From contig JBHLRQ010000047.1 of assembly GCA_048882385.1 (NCBI GenBank), positions 1-22,813 of the forward strand: 22,813 bases of DNA. The letters are read 5' to 3'. Positions 1 through 9,525 of this stretch are shown piece after piece; the stretch's first letter is position 1, and every line of letters starts with the position of its first letter. The stretch comes from Candidatus Thorarchaeota archaeon. GTDB lineage: Archaea > Asgardarchaeota > Thorarchaeia > Thorarchaeales > Thorarchaeaceae. The translations under genes were made by a program, and so were the position numbers. The notes below the pieces were generated by a model. It saw only the letters and a list, made by a program, of their open reading frames with translations, did not search any database and had not been told where the DNA came from.

Positions 1-47
1 TTTACTTCCGGTGGAATAAATGCTTCGTTTTCATATAAAGTAATCAT
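1..47 (-). CDS. Possible 5' end of a gene running off the left edge (MITLYENEAFIPPEV...)
   Basis: Open minus-strand frame to the edge (open from ATG at ~131); too short to identify. Confidence 0.25.
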   Translation of the reverse strand, partial: MITLYENEAFIPPEV

Positions 48-170
48 CAAACCCAGACAATAGCCCCGTCTAACGTACGTAATACCCCAATACCAATGAG
101 GGTATGAAATGGGGAGCATCACAATGAACATCTATGAAGCTTTTATCGTGTTTGGCGCCAAACGAGTTTC

Positions 171-620
171 TCACTCTAGCATCTTGCGAATCATATCAGG
201 AACAAGAGCCGGTTCTGAAATGAACGGTTCAAAGTCACGAGAAAGTGCTTCATTGATTGAAAGAGATAGATTCTCTAGATTCTTGCACCAGATTAGATGA
301 CCTCGTCGTGACATTTCTTCAATTAGTTGTGATTGATGACCTTCCATGAGTGTCGTGTTTTCAACGACCACAAGGCGGAGACCTCGTTTCACACATTCCA
401 TGATGGTGCCAGCACCACCAGTACTGATGATAACATGAGCCCTGTCATATGCTGGTTTTAGAGACCTCATGAACCTGAAATATCTGAAGTTTCGTGGAAT
501 GAAAGAACCTCTTCCAATCTGAGCGACAACAGGTTCTTTAATCACTCCGGATTCAACAAGATAGTCCATTTTTTCAAGCAGAGGGTCAAAATGAGCTGTA
601 CCAACTGTCACGAAAATCAT
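171..620 (-). CDS. alg13: Alg13/PssE-like GT28 C-terminal (UDP-sugar-binding) glycosyltransferase subunit
   Basis: Starts MIFVTVGT..FD.L; ISTGGAGTIME; VVVENTTLMEGHQSQL. Start moved to ATG at 620, which overlaps the upstream stop (ATGA, 617-620). Confidence 0.88.
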   Translation of the reverse strand: MIFVTVGTAHFDPLLEKMDYLVESGVIKEPVVAQIGRGSFIPRNFRYFRFMRSLKPAYDRAHVIISTGGAGTIMECVKRGLRLVVVENTTLMEGHQSQLIEEMSRRGHLIWCKNLENLSLSINEALSRDFEPFISEPALVPDMIRKMLE

Positions 621-1099
621 AGCAATTGCCCCCCATAGATCGATCCAGATATCCTTGCCGCGAGATTTGGCCACTGAACAACGAAGAGATCAGTCTTGCC
701 CAAGAGAATGCGTCCAGTCATGGAGAGCGACTCAACTCTAGACATGCTTTCAATAAAGACCGTCTTGATACCTATGGCTCGTGCAGCGTAAAATATTGGT
801 ACTGTAAGACCTGTTCCACAACTGATGATGATAGTTGGACTAAAAAGAAGCAAGTAGAAGAAGGAAAGAACTAGTGTGACAAGCGTTCTGATAATTGACA
901 TTAATCTAGAGTCTTGGGGGAGGAGTCTTGGGGGAATCACTGGGAGTATTCTTCCGGGAATCTTGATCTTCTTAGGTGTTAGTGAGTCAAGGATTCCGAT
1001 TAGGTACAGATAGTCATACTGTGGACCGAGATAGTCTACTAAAGCAAATGTTTGTGCAGTATGTCCACCTCGTCCCAGTATTACTGCAATTCTTGTCAA
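617..1099 (-). CDS. alg14: Alg14/PssD-like GT28 N-terminal (acceptor-binding) subunit
   Basis: VILGRGGHT, ISCGTGLTVP, FIESMSRVESLSMTGRIL, FVVQWP motifs; TTG start; translationally coupled to the alg13-like gene. Confidence 0.88.
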   Translation of the reverse strand: MTRIAVILGRGGHTAQTFALVDYLGPQYDYLYLIGILDSLTPKKIKIPGRILPVIPPRLLPQDSRLMSIIRTLVTLVLSFFYLLLFSPTIIISCGTGLTVPIFYAARAIGIKTVFIESMSRVESLSMTGRILLGKTDLFVVQWPNLAARISGSIYGGQLL

Positions 1100-1265
1100 T
1101 CCGTATCACTTAGTCAGTGTCATTTGAAGTCCCATAAAGGGTTATTCGTAAGCATAAATATTGATGATACATAAGCTGACCACTTAGCTATTGTCAGGTC
1201 TAAACCTCAGATGGGCATCAAAAGTATTATTTCAATAGCGGAATTAAGTCGTCGCAATCAATCAG

Positions 1266-2021
1266 GTGTCTATCATGACTAACTCTGGAGAAAAAACGGG
1301 CTCCTTGAAAAACAAGTCCGGAAATCGAGAATTACGTACACTTGACATTGACAGATGTTTACAGGAGTTTGGACATACTCCAAAGAAGATACTTGATGTC
1401 GGCCATGGATATGGAGCAATAGCTAATCACTATCATACCCGCGGATATGACGTGACGGGTATAGATGTGAATCCTGTTCTTGTTGAAGCGGCTTCGAAGA
1501 GCTACCCAGATGTGAAGTTCATTTTATACGATGGAAAGACGTTCCCTTTTGAAGATTCAAGATTCGATACAGTGATTCTTAATGATGTCTTGGAACACAT
1601 TTCATATGAAGATATGGAAGTGGTTCTATCAGAAGTTAAACGTGTCTTGCTCCCAGGAGGTATCATATACATCAGCGTAATGAATCGTTGGCAATTGATT
1701 GAGCCTCATTCATTGATACCCTTGCTCACGTGGCTTCCACGGTCAGCTTGGCATCCAGTAAGCAGGAAATTGAAGAAACGGGATTATATCTATTATTGGC
1801 CCTATACAAGAGGACGAATCAAGAGCCTTTTGAAGAAATACGATCTAGAACACTATGATTTGACTCATGTCTATGTCTATCATAAAATGAGTGGGATTAA
1901 TCCAGTCGGTGACCGGATGACCTCAAAACTGATGAATGTGCTGAGATGGCTTCGTTTAGATTCAGTTGCATTATATTTGGCCCTTAAGGTGAGTGTACTG
2001 TTGTACATCGCTCGAAAGTGA
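1266..2021 (+). CDS. Class I SAM-dependent methyltransferase (Methyltransf_11-like)
   Basis: ILDVGHGYG motif I, VTGID, PFEDSRFDTVILNDVLEHI, VLLPGG. Start is GTG 1266 or ATG 1275. Confidence 0.9.
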   Translation: MSIMTNSGEKTGSLKNKSGNRELRTLDIDRCLQEFGHTPKKILDVGHGYGAIANHYHTRGYDVTGIDVNPVLVEAASKSYPDVKFILYDGKTFPFEDSRFDTVILNDVLEHISYEDMEVVLSEVKRVLLPGGIIYISVMNRWQLIEPHSLIPLLTWLPRSAWHPVSRKLKKRDYIYYWPYTRGRIKSLLKKYDLEHYDLTHVYVYHKMSGINPVGDRMTSKLMNVLRWLRLDSVALYLALKVSVLLYIARK

Positions 2022-2233
2022 TATGCAAATGTCTTGTTGAAGGCCAGTTTCTTGATGTTATTTCTGCCCACGGATGATTACTCTGCATCAACGATGTCTT
2101 GCAAGAGGCTCTTTTTCCGGAAAATCCTAATAAGATACTCACAGGTACAGCGGCAATATTATTTGAAGGCAAGGGATAACGACGACGATCAGCCAATTTG
2201 CCACTTCCCAACAAAACAGCTGGGAGATTGCAT

Positions 2234-3283
2234 CTAGAGTGCTCCAAGGTCTGAATAGACAATCTTCAGTCTTCTATGACTGATATCCCAAGTTGGTCTT
2301 TCGAAGAACTCGACCGCTCTTGGATTCTTAAGAAACTTGATTACTGCCTCTGGCATTTCTGAAGGGTCTACAGCAATGATTGGGAATTCAGCATTAACGA
2401 AGCCACCCATTCTTGGAGCCACAACAGGCTTTCCAAGTGATAGGTATTCTCCAATTTTGAGAATGTTCTCCTTAGTTGTGTAATCTGAAAACGTTGTCCA
2501 CTCTCTTGGGAAAACACATAGATCTGCTACTGAAATATAATCAGCAACCTCTTCATGTTCTATCCATCCTGTTAGATTGACCCTCTTCTCTAGATTATGT
2601 TCTTTGACAAATTTACCTAGAGACCTCTTCTGTGGACCATCACCCACTATAAGGAATTGAGTATCTTGAATTTCTTGAGTGGTTTTCAAGATGATTCTCT
2701 TCAATAATTCACTGCCTTCTAGTAGAGATATTTTCCCAAGGTAGAGCACCGTTGGGGCATCTACTATTCCAATTCGTTTTCTTATGGTTTCAGAATCTTG
2801 TTTAGGGCTAAAATCAGACGGAGGATAGTTGGGAACCATTATTATTCTCTTCGCGCCCCATTTATGTGCTCGATGGGCAAGTGGATAGTTTGCAGTAAGA
2901 ACAACATCAGCTCCCCCAGTCATAATTCTTTCAATAAGCCCACCTATCTTCGAGAGAAAGGAGTTTCCGAGGGATTCCTTTATTGAGGAAAACCAGGGAG
3001 ACCGAACATCATAGATAACTGTCGCACGTTTGAATAGAAGTGGAAACCCGATAACATCTGGTACATTAAAAAAGTGAAAGATATCAGCTTTTGATCCAAT
3101 GACCTGTACGATTAGAACTAGATATCGAACTATCCCCTTTAGTATACGAGGGCGACCATCCGGTTTAGTGTAAGGTCGCATAACCTTAACATTGACTCCA
3201 AGACTCTTCAGACTGCTGAACGTTCTTTTCAATCGAGTCATCCTTTCAGGTTGGCTTCCAATTAATAGAACTGTCTTGGTCAA
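2234..3283 (-). CDS. Glycosyltransferase, GT4 family (GT-B)
   Basis: VLYLGKI, FLIVGDGP, TGWIEHEEVADYISVADLCVFP, KIGEYLSLGKPVVA; TTG start. Confidence 0.88.
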   Translation of the reverse strand: MTKTVLLIGSQPERMTRLKRTFSSLKSLGVNVKVMRPYTKPDGRPRILKGIVRYLVLIVQVIGSKADIFHFFNVPDVIGFPLLFKRATVIYDVRSPWFSSIKESLGNSFLSKIGGLIERIMTGGADVVLTANYPLAHRAHKWGAKRIIMVPNYPPSDFSPKQDSETIRKRIGIVDAPTVLYLGKISLLEGSELLKRIILKTTQEIQDTQFLIVGDGPQKRSLGKFVKEHNLEKRVNLTGWIEHEEVADYISVADLCVFPREWTTFSDYTTKENILKIGEYLSLGKPVVAPRMGGFVNAEFPIIAVDPSEMPEAVIKFLKNPRAVEFFERPTWDISHRRLKIVYSDLGAL

Positions 3284-3552
3284 ATGTAATCAACGCCTGC
3301 ATATTGTCATACACATCTATAGATGAATCCTTTCGAGAGACATTCTACTTTGTCTAAAACCTTTCTTCCATCGACTGGAAAATCTACATATCCCAAGCCT
3401 ATAACAACGAGATTCCTATCGCTCAAAAATAATCACTAAACAACGCCCCATGATGATTTGTTTTAACTCTTATCATGAAATGAGCATTGTACACTCCTTT
3501 ACCAGACAGAAATGATAAATAGACCAAAGATTGCGAAAAAGCAGGTGCAGAT

Positions 3553-4677
3553 ATGCGAGTAAGGTCCTCTATTAAGGCTGGTATCAGCTTATTGGGAAAA
3601 CATAGATCAACATTAAAACGAAGATTTCTGATTTACATGATCGTAATGCTCATGTTTTTTCCATTCGTCTTTGTGAATCGTACTGAGATTTACAGAACAT
3701 TCCTATCTAATTTCGATGAAGAACAATATTCATACACCGAAGAAGGATTAGTCGTTACAGATTATGGTTATCAAACGGGAGTCTATATTGGTCCACACAT
3801 CACAATTCGAGCTGTATCAAATAAAGCAATTCATTATTACGATGAGATGCTAGAGGGTAATTCTACAGCAGGCCAATTCTTCAACAACTCGATTGATTTT
3901 ATCCTTGAGAAAATAAATGTCTTCAACGTTCCAACGGAGAATGGAACAAAAACCATCTGCAATTGGCCATATGAATTCTCTATCTATGGTCTTCCTGTGG
4001 GATGGACTTCAGGAATGGTTGATGCAAAAGCAATTCATACTCTTGCACTTGCATATGAGGCTTATGGAAATTCGACCTATCTCGAAATAGTAGAACAAGT
4101 TGCGGGAACATTTGAAACTCCTGTTAGTTTAGGAGGCAATCTCTATATTCTTGAGGATGGAACGTCATGGTATCCGGAGTTAATTGTCACTTCAGATCTC
4201 GACCCAAATTACAAACCTCCATTCGTTTTTAATGGATTCCTTATTGCACTTTATCATATCTATCAAGCTAACTTGATATTCAACAATAGTAGACTTGAAA
4301 GAGTTTTCAATCTTGGTGTCATATCTGCTGCTCAGAATATTCATCTTTATGATTCAGCTTACGAATGGTCAATATATCATCTTGGTTATCCTTTGAAGCT
4401 GGCGTCTAGGAATTATCATCGGATTCACATTAACATGTGTAATTTTCTATATGATTACACAAATGTAACTATCTTCAAACATTACGCAGACAAATGGGCG
4501 GGATTCGATAACCCACCTCCATTTACCTGGGAAGAAATTGTGTCACCTGAGTTCATTGGTTATGGTTTATTGATGGCGGGAATCATTTTCTTTCCTCTTC
4601 TATCAATCGATATCATTCAAACGCTGGTTCGAAGAAGAATGAAACATTCTAGCAAGAGCAACGATAATTCGCCATAA
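3553..4677 (+). CDS. Membrane-anchored D-glucuronyl C5-epimerase C-terminal-domain protein
   Basis: WTSGM..A.A...LALAY, VSLGG, WYPE, PFVFNGF, LYD...WSIYHL, ASRNYHRIHI, FKHYADKW follow the C5-epimerase motif order; hydrophobic helices at aa ~25-41 and ~334-356. Confidence 0.8.
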   Translation: MRVRSSIKAGISLLGKHRSTLKRRFLIYMIVMLMFFPFVFVNRTEIYRTFLSNFDEEQYSYTEEGLVVTDYGYQTGVYIGPHITIRAVSNKAIHYYDEMLEGNSTAGQFFNNSIDFILEKINVFNVPTENGTKTICNWPYEFSIYGLPVGWTSGMVDAKAIHTLALAYEAYGNSTYLEIVEQVAGTFETPVSLGGNLYILEDGTSWYPELIVTSDLDPNYKPPFVFNGFLIALYHIYQANLIFNNSRLERVFNLGVISAAQNIHLYDSAYEWSIYHLGYPLKLASRNYHRIHINMCNFLYDYTNVTIFKHYADKWAGFDNPPPFTWEEIVSPEFIGYGLLMAGIIFFPLLSIDIIQTLVRRRMKHSSKSNDNSP

Positions 4678-4758
4678 GAATCACAACTTTCAATACAGAT
4701 GTAAAAAAGGCAGATGCGATATCTCTAACCAAACCAACCAGGGTGGTGAATTAAATCC

Positions 4759-5865
4759 GTGAGAATTACAGTTGTCACAGGAACTCGACCTCAAATAATA
4801 AAGTCAGCACCTCTTCTTCATGAACTGGAAAGGAGGGGATTGCAGGTCACTTTTGTTCACACAGGACAGCATTATGATTTCGAGTTAGCGGATCAATTCG
4901 TGAAAGAGCTTGCAATCAAAGAACCAGACTTCAACTTGGAAGTGGGGAGCGGGACAGGGGTCTACCATACTACAGAAATCCTCACAAGATTGTCAGAGAT
5001 TCTCTCTTCAGCTAAGACAGATTACTTGATTGTCCCTGGTGACACCAATTCAGCCTTGGGCGCAGCCCTGACTGGATTCAAAATGGAGATACCAACTTGT
5101 CATTTGGAATCTGGACTTCGAAGCTTCGATATGGAAATGCAGGAAGAGATAAACAGACGCCTAATCGATCATGGAAGTGCTGCACTCTTCGCTCCTACAG
5201 ATATTGCAGTAAAGAACCTTGAGGATGAAAATGTAAGGGGAAGTATCTACAAAGTCGGAGATACGATGTATGAGATTTTGAAGAACAAGTTGAAGGAGAT
5301 CACAAATATAGCTTTCCAGAATTCTGTGCTAGAAGAGGTTGGGGCGGTAGATGATGAGTTCGCAGTTTTAACAATTCATCGCAAGGAGAATGTAGATATC
5401 CCTGCTAGATTGAAAGGAATCTTTGAGGGAATTGAGCGTTTTCAACATAAAGTGATTCTTCCTGTTCATCCAAGAACAAAGCAAAAACTTACGGATTTGG
5501 GTCTTGAATTAAGTAATAACATTGTAGCAACACCCCCAATTCCATACACCAAGATGATGGCATTAGTAAGTAAGTCTTCTCTTCTCATGACTGATTCAGG
5601 TGGACTTCAGAAAGAAGCGTATTTGCTTGATACACCCTGCGTCACGATAAGGGACAATAGCGAGTGGGTTGAAACAATTGAAGCAGGAGCGAATGTACTA
5701 GCTGGAGCAAATCCTGATGATGTTGTTCTTAAAGCTAATCAGATGTGGGGAAAGAAATTATCCAATGATCCTTCTGTATATGGTGATGGAAACGCTTCGG
5801 AGAAAATAACAGATATTCTGCTATCGAATGAGATTCGCATCAAGAATCATGTGATGCTATCATAA
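4759..5865 (+). CDS. wecB: UDP-N-acetylglucosamine 2-epimerase (non-hydrolysing)
   Basis: GTRPQIIK, HTGQHYD, PGDTNS, HLESGLRSFD, EEINR, TIHRKEN, PVHPRT, TDSGGLQKEA, YGDGNAS; GTG start after GGTGA at 4745-4749. Confidence 0.95.
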   Translation: MRITVVTGTRPQIIKSAPLLHELERRGLQVTFVHTGQHYDFELADQFVKELAIKEPDFNLEVGSGTGVYHTTEILTRLSEILSSAKTDYLIVPGDTNSALGAALTGFKMEIPTCHLESGLRSFDMEMQEEINRRLIDHGSAALFAPTDIAVKNLEDENVRGSIYKVGDTMYEILKNKLKEITNIAFQNSVLEEVGAVDDEFAVLTIHRKENVDIPARLKGIFEGIERFQHKVILPVHPRTKQKLTDLGLELSNNIVATPPIPYTKMMALVSKSSLLMTDSGGLQKEAYLLDTPCVTIRDNSEWVETIEAGANVLAGANPDDVVLKANQMWGKKLSNDPSVYGDGNASEKITDILLSNEIRIKNHVMLS

Positions 5866-5873
5866 ATAATCAA

Positions 5874-6875
5874 ATGGGGACAGAAAGCTTGAGAATCCTT
5901 CACACCTCTCACACTGGGTTACCAGATCCTCGAGTAGAGAAGACTGCAATGACAATGCAGAAAGAAGGACACGAACTTGTCTTCCTAGGAGGACGACCCA
6001 TCACTGGTCATAGCTTGCCTGCATTCAATGATTCCCATTACATTCCCATGGTCAACAATCTGAGATTTGTACTTGATTCTAGGTTCAAGAAGAAATGGAT
6101 AAAGAAGATAGACAAGATCGGACCAGATATCATCCATGCGCATAACCTAATTGCTGCATCAATGTTGTTGGGAACAGATTATCCTGTAATCTATGATGAT
6201 CATGAATATTGGGGGAAACAGTCTTTCAGATTTGGGACAAGAGGAATAATTCGAAAGGTGGCTCTACTCCCCCTTGAGAACAGAATTCAAAAATGGGAAA
6301 AACAGATGCTAGAGAATTACCCAGTACTCACAGTGAGTGAGAACATTGCAAAAGAGCATAGAAAATTAGCTAGTCACGTAGGAGTCACAAAGAATTATCC
6401 AACACTATTGGAAGCAGAACAACTCCAGAACCCAGATGAAAGAAATGGGAGTGTCTATGTTGGTGGTGACTTCAACCTCTCAAAATTCCAACCACATCGT
6501 AATATGGAGGGTTTGAAAGATGTTCTTAATTTTGACATTCTTTCAGGTTTAGAACATGGTACCCTCATGGAGAAACTGACTCATTATAGATTCGGGTTAA
6601 CTCCATGGCGCCCTCATCCATTTCATATGTATTGCGAACCAAACAAGCATTACGAGTATCTTATTGCAGGTCTACAAGTGATTCTCACATCAACATTGAT
6701 ACATCCTATCAAGGATGACCCATTCGTGCATTCGTTCGACACATATGATGAGATCCCGGAATTACTCAATCGAATAGAATCAATCGATGGGAGTAAGATT
6801 ATGATGCATTCTAGAGAGAGATACGTTTGGGAAAAACAAGAACAAGTAATTAGGGATACGTACAAATTAGTCTAG
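5874..6875 (+). CDS. Glycosyltransferase, GT4-like
   Basis: DPRVEK, PDIIHAHN, VIYDDHEYW, PNKHYEYLIAGL, YVWEKQ; 8 bp after wecB. Confidence 0.78.
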   Translation: MGTESLRILHTSHTGLPDPRVEKTAMTMQKEGHELVFLGGRPITGHSLPAFNDSHYIPMVNNLRFVLDSRFKKKWIKKIDKIGPDIIHAHNLIAASMLLGTDYPVIYDDHEYWGKQSFRFGTRGIIRKVALLPLENRIQKWEKQMLENYPVLTVSENIAKEHRKLASHVGVTKNYPTLLEAEQLQNPDERNGSVYVGGDFNLSKFQPHRNMEGLKDVLNFDILSGLEHGTLMEKLTHYRFGLTPWRPHPFHMYCEPNKHYEYLIAGLQVILTSTLIHPIKDDPFVHSFDTYDEIPELLNRIESIDGSKIMMHSRERYVWEKQEQVIRDTYKLV

Positions 6876-6935
6876 AAATTGAATAATAGCCGAAAAAGTT
6901 TACTTGAGAGAATTGACAAATAGAGCAATACTGAG

Positions 6936-8345
6936 ATGAAACGATTGGGTAGCATAAACGAAATGTCAAGAGAGTTCCTCAAATTAGAACAAGACCTCAA
7001 TCTCTTTTTCCAAAAGATAGATGGCATCCTGTATTGGGAACGAATCAGATTTCGAGTATACACACGAATCTATGAATCAACAGCTGGTGGTGAAACTCTT
7101 TCCATAAAGAGTCGTCGGAAGAAGAGTCGACTAAGATTCTATATTTCATCACTCATCAATGTCCTCAGGAATCCTTTCCTTTCCAGAAAGAAGGATATTC
7201 TGTTTGTAGGCCATCCTCGCCGTGTCCTCTATAATGATGGCAGTTGGAGTGATCTCTATACAGATCCAATCATTGAAAGTCTCAACAGATCGTATGTATC
7301 TATCGAACCTGATTTCAATTTGTCTCATAAAGAACCCTCGCGTACTGCGAATCTGAAATATCTAGATTTCATTATATTTCTAAGCGATATTCAGAACAAA
7401 CTAGGCATAAGCAAAATCAAGATTACTAAGAGAGAAAATAGTGTGATTGAGCAAATTCAATCAGAAATTCACAGGAGATTCAATATTAACCTGAACATAC
7501 GAAGACTGGTATTGTTGAATCTGCGGCAACGCAAAGCATCTCTTCCGCTCTACCTTGCTCTACTGAAACGTATTTCTCCAAAAATCATCGTAGTTGCAGT
7601 AGGTTACGGAAAAGAAGACTTGATAGAAGCAGCTAAGATATTGAACATTCCAGTAGCTGAACTTCAGCATGGAGTAATCTATCCAATGCATCTAGGTTAT
7701 TCATTTTCTGGAGAACACGTAACCAAATTGACATTTCCAGACTACTTGCTTGTTTTTGGAAAATATTGGGCTAGTGTTGCAGATTATCCGATTACCCAAG
7801 ACAAGATTGTTAGCGTTGGATATCCACACATGGATATAGAAAAAAGAAAGCTCTCTGCAAATATCAAGAAAAACCAGATTCTGGTCATTTCTCAAGGAGG
7901 ATTAGGAAACGCAATTTCGAAATTTGCAGTTGAACTTAGTCAACTCGTTGGTGAAGAATACAATATAGTGTACAAACTACATCCGAGAGAGACTGAAGGA
8001 TGGAAGAAGAGATATCCTGAATTAGTAGACACCAATGTAACAATCATAAATCGAAGAGATACCTCACTCTATCAGTTATTCTCTGAATCAAGGATACAGA
8101 TAGGAGTTTCATCAACTGCTCTCTATGAAGGTCTTGCGTTCGGACTTCAAACTTTTCTTATTGATGCTCCCAGTGTTGAGTTTTTTGATAACTTGATAGC
8201 ATCAGGGTTTGCCCACAAGGTATCAAATCCTAATGAAGTGCTTATTCACATCAATAAAGAAACGAAGTCAACAGATATGGATGTAGAAAGCATATTCAAA
8301 AGTGATGCAGTACCGAATATCCTCGAGTTTCTTAATCAATTCTAG
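6936..8345 (+). CDS. GT-B-type capsule/surface-polysaccharide protein, candidate nonulosonic acid transferase
   Basis: ELQHG, PDYLLVFG, VGYP, ILVISQ, VYKLHPRE, SSTALYEGLAFG. The HP and ST..E motifs resemble CMP-sugar/CDP-polyol-using GT-B enzymes; specificity inferred from context only. Confidence 0.6.
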   Translation: MKRLGSINEMSREFLKLEQDLNLFFQKIDGILYWERIRFRVYTRIYESTAGGETLSIKSRRKKSRLRFYISSLINVLRNPFLSRKKDILFVGHPRRVLYNDGSWSDLYTDPIIESLNRSYVSIEPDFNLSHKEPSRTANLKYLDFIIFLSDIQNKLGISKIKITKRENSVIEQIQSEIHRRFNINLNIRRLVLLNLRQRKASLPLYLALLKRISPKIIVVAVGYGKEDLIEAAKILNIPVAELQHGVIYPMHLGYSFSGEHVTKLTFPDYLLVFGKYWASVADYPITQDKIVSVGYPHMDIEKRKLSANIKKNQILVISQGGLGNAISKFAVELSQLVGEEYNIVYKLHPRETEGWKKRYPELVDTNVTIINRRDTSLYQLFSESRIQIGVSSTALYEGLAFGLQTFLIDAPSVEFFDNLIASGFAHKVSNPNEVLIHINKETKSTDMDVESIFKSDAVPNILEFLNQF

Positions 8346-8387
8346 AATAGAGGAAGCTTTCAATTTCACTGAATTTTACAAATACAA

Positions 8388-9422
8388 TCATGTTTCAGAT
8401 ATTGTTTGCATTTCATCATCTTTCAATTTTAACCCCATAATAATTCCACGGAAGAAATCGATGAAGCCCTCAACTCCTTTTCCAACCAATGGAATGAATG
8501 AGATATACAGAGGCCATATGAATCTCGATGTGAAAGAAGCAAAGAATAGTCCGAATATCGTGATACCGGAAAGGGGAACTCCAATGGTAATTAACCAATT
8601 TAACACAGTCTTTCTTTCATGAGTTCGGTTTCTAAGGACATACAGCCCTATTACCATAAATGGAATTATGAATTGGAATGCGAGTATGACCATTCTTATC
8701 GTATTTGAGCCAGTGAGTATGAAATTATTGAGATGAAACGACCAGAAATATCCTGTATCACTTACTCCAGGATTGAATATTGTTCTATTCAAAAGATAGA
8801 CTGATCCAGATATTATGAATAATGGAATGAAAGTCTTCCAATCTCTAGTATAGAACAAGTAAGCCCCTGCCATCACAATTACAGTTTCTCTAAAGCAGAC
8901 TCCCATTACAAGCAATAGCAAGATATACAATCTATGTTTCTGATCAGGTTTCTGTAGCAAAACATATGCAATCAATGCAATGCTAAGCATCGATCCTGCT
9001 TCAACCAAAACAGCTACTCCATACCCAACCGAAGGATGCGAGAAGGTGTATATTGAAGTGACCAGAAATGATGATAGTTTGGAAAACCTGAATTCTCGAC
9101 AAATCAAATAGATGATATAATTCAACAATAAGAGGAGGATTGTGTTCACCATAAGAAACGATAGTACAGGATCGAGAGGAACAAGGCTCGCAAGGAATGA
9201 TGTAAGGGGTCTGTAACTCCAAGGAGCTATTAGTTCAGAGGTAGAAATCTGTCCGTGAAACCAGTCAACAAGCAGTAGGTATTTTTCACTGTCTGGAAAA
9301 ATCTTAGAATAGAGACGAAATCCAACAGCAATAGAACCGATTGTGCAAACTGTAACTAAGAAGAAATAGATGACATCTTGTCTTGAAAGAGGGTCTTCGT
9401 GATTTTCAGACTGCGATTCCAT
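8388..9422 (-). CDS. Polytopic membrane protein, GT-C-like (polyprenyl-phosphate-sugar transferase candidate)
   Basis: About 9-10 hydrophobic segments; first loop PWSYRPL; VLVE and GVCFRET charged motifs. GGAGG (9430-9434, minus strand) favours ATG 9422 over TTG 9425. Confidence 0.6.
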   Translation of the reverse strand: MESQSENHEDPLSRQDVIYFFLVTVCTIGSIAVGFRLYSKIFPDSEKYLLLVDWFHGQISTSELIAPWSYRPLTSFLASLVPLDPVLSFLMVNTILLLLLNYIIYLICREFRFSKLSSFLVTSIYTFSHPSVGYGVAVLVEAGSMLSIALIAYVLLQKPDQKHRLYILLLLVMGVCFRETVIVMAGAYLFYTRDWKTFIPLFIISGSVYLLNRTIFNPGVSDTGYFWSFHLNNFILTGSNTIRMVILAFQFIIPFMVIGLYVLRNRTHERKTVLNWLITIGVPLSGITIFGLFFASFTSRFIWPLYISFIPLVGKGVEGFIDFFRGIIMGLKLKDDEMQTISET

Positions 9423-9525
9423 CAATTATCCTCCATCATCTGACCTTTTTTAAGCTATGAATCCCACAAATTAATATTACCACTAGTCCAGCGTAGCAAA
9501 GAAACTGTTTTAGGATGTTCTCTTA

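Noticed and set aside
621-674. N-terminal extension MAKSRGKDIWIDLWGAIA of the alg13-like ORF
   Set aside because: It overlaps alg14; the family begins at MIFVTVGT and ATG 620 gives a standard ATGA coupling.
1984-2262. Short ORFs (1984-2262 minus, 2034-2237 plus) in the convergent gap
   Set aside because: No recognisable motif or RBS; they overlap neighbours or each other.
2113-3325. Perfect 12-bp palindromes TTTTCCGGAAAA (2113-2124) and CATCTATAGATG (3314-3325)
   Set aside because: Unrelated to each other and not seen repeated; a few such palindromes are expected by chance in 23 kb.
4759-5865. Hydrolysing NeuC-type epimerase standing in for PseG
   Set aside because: Motifs (GDTNS, HLESGLRS, EEINR, DSGGLQKEA) are of the non-hydrolysing WecB type.
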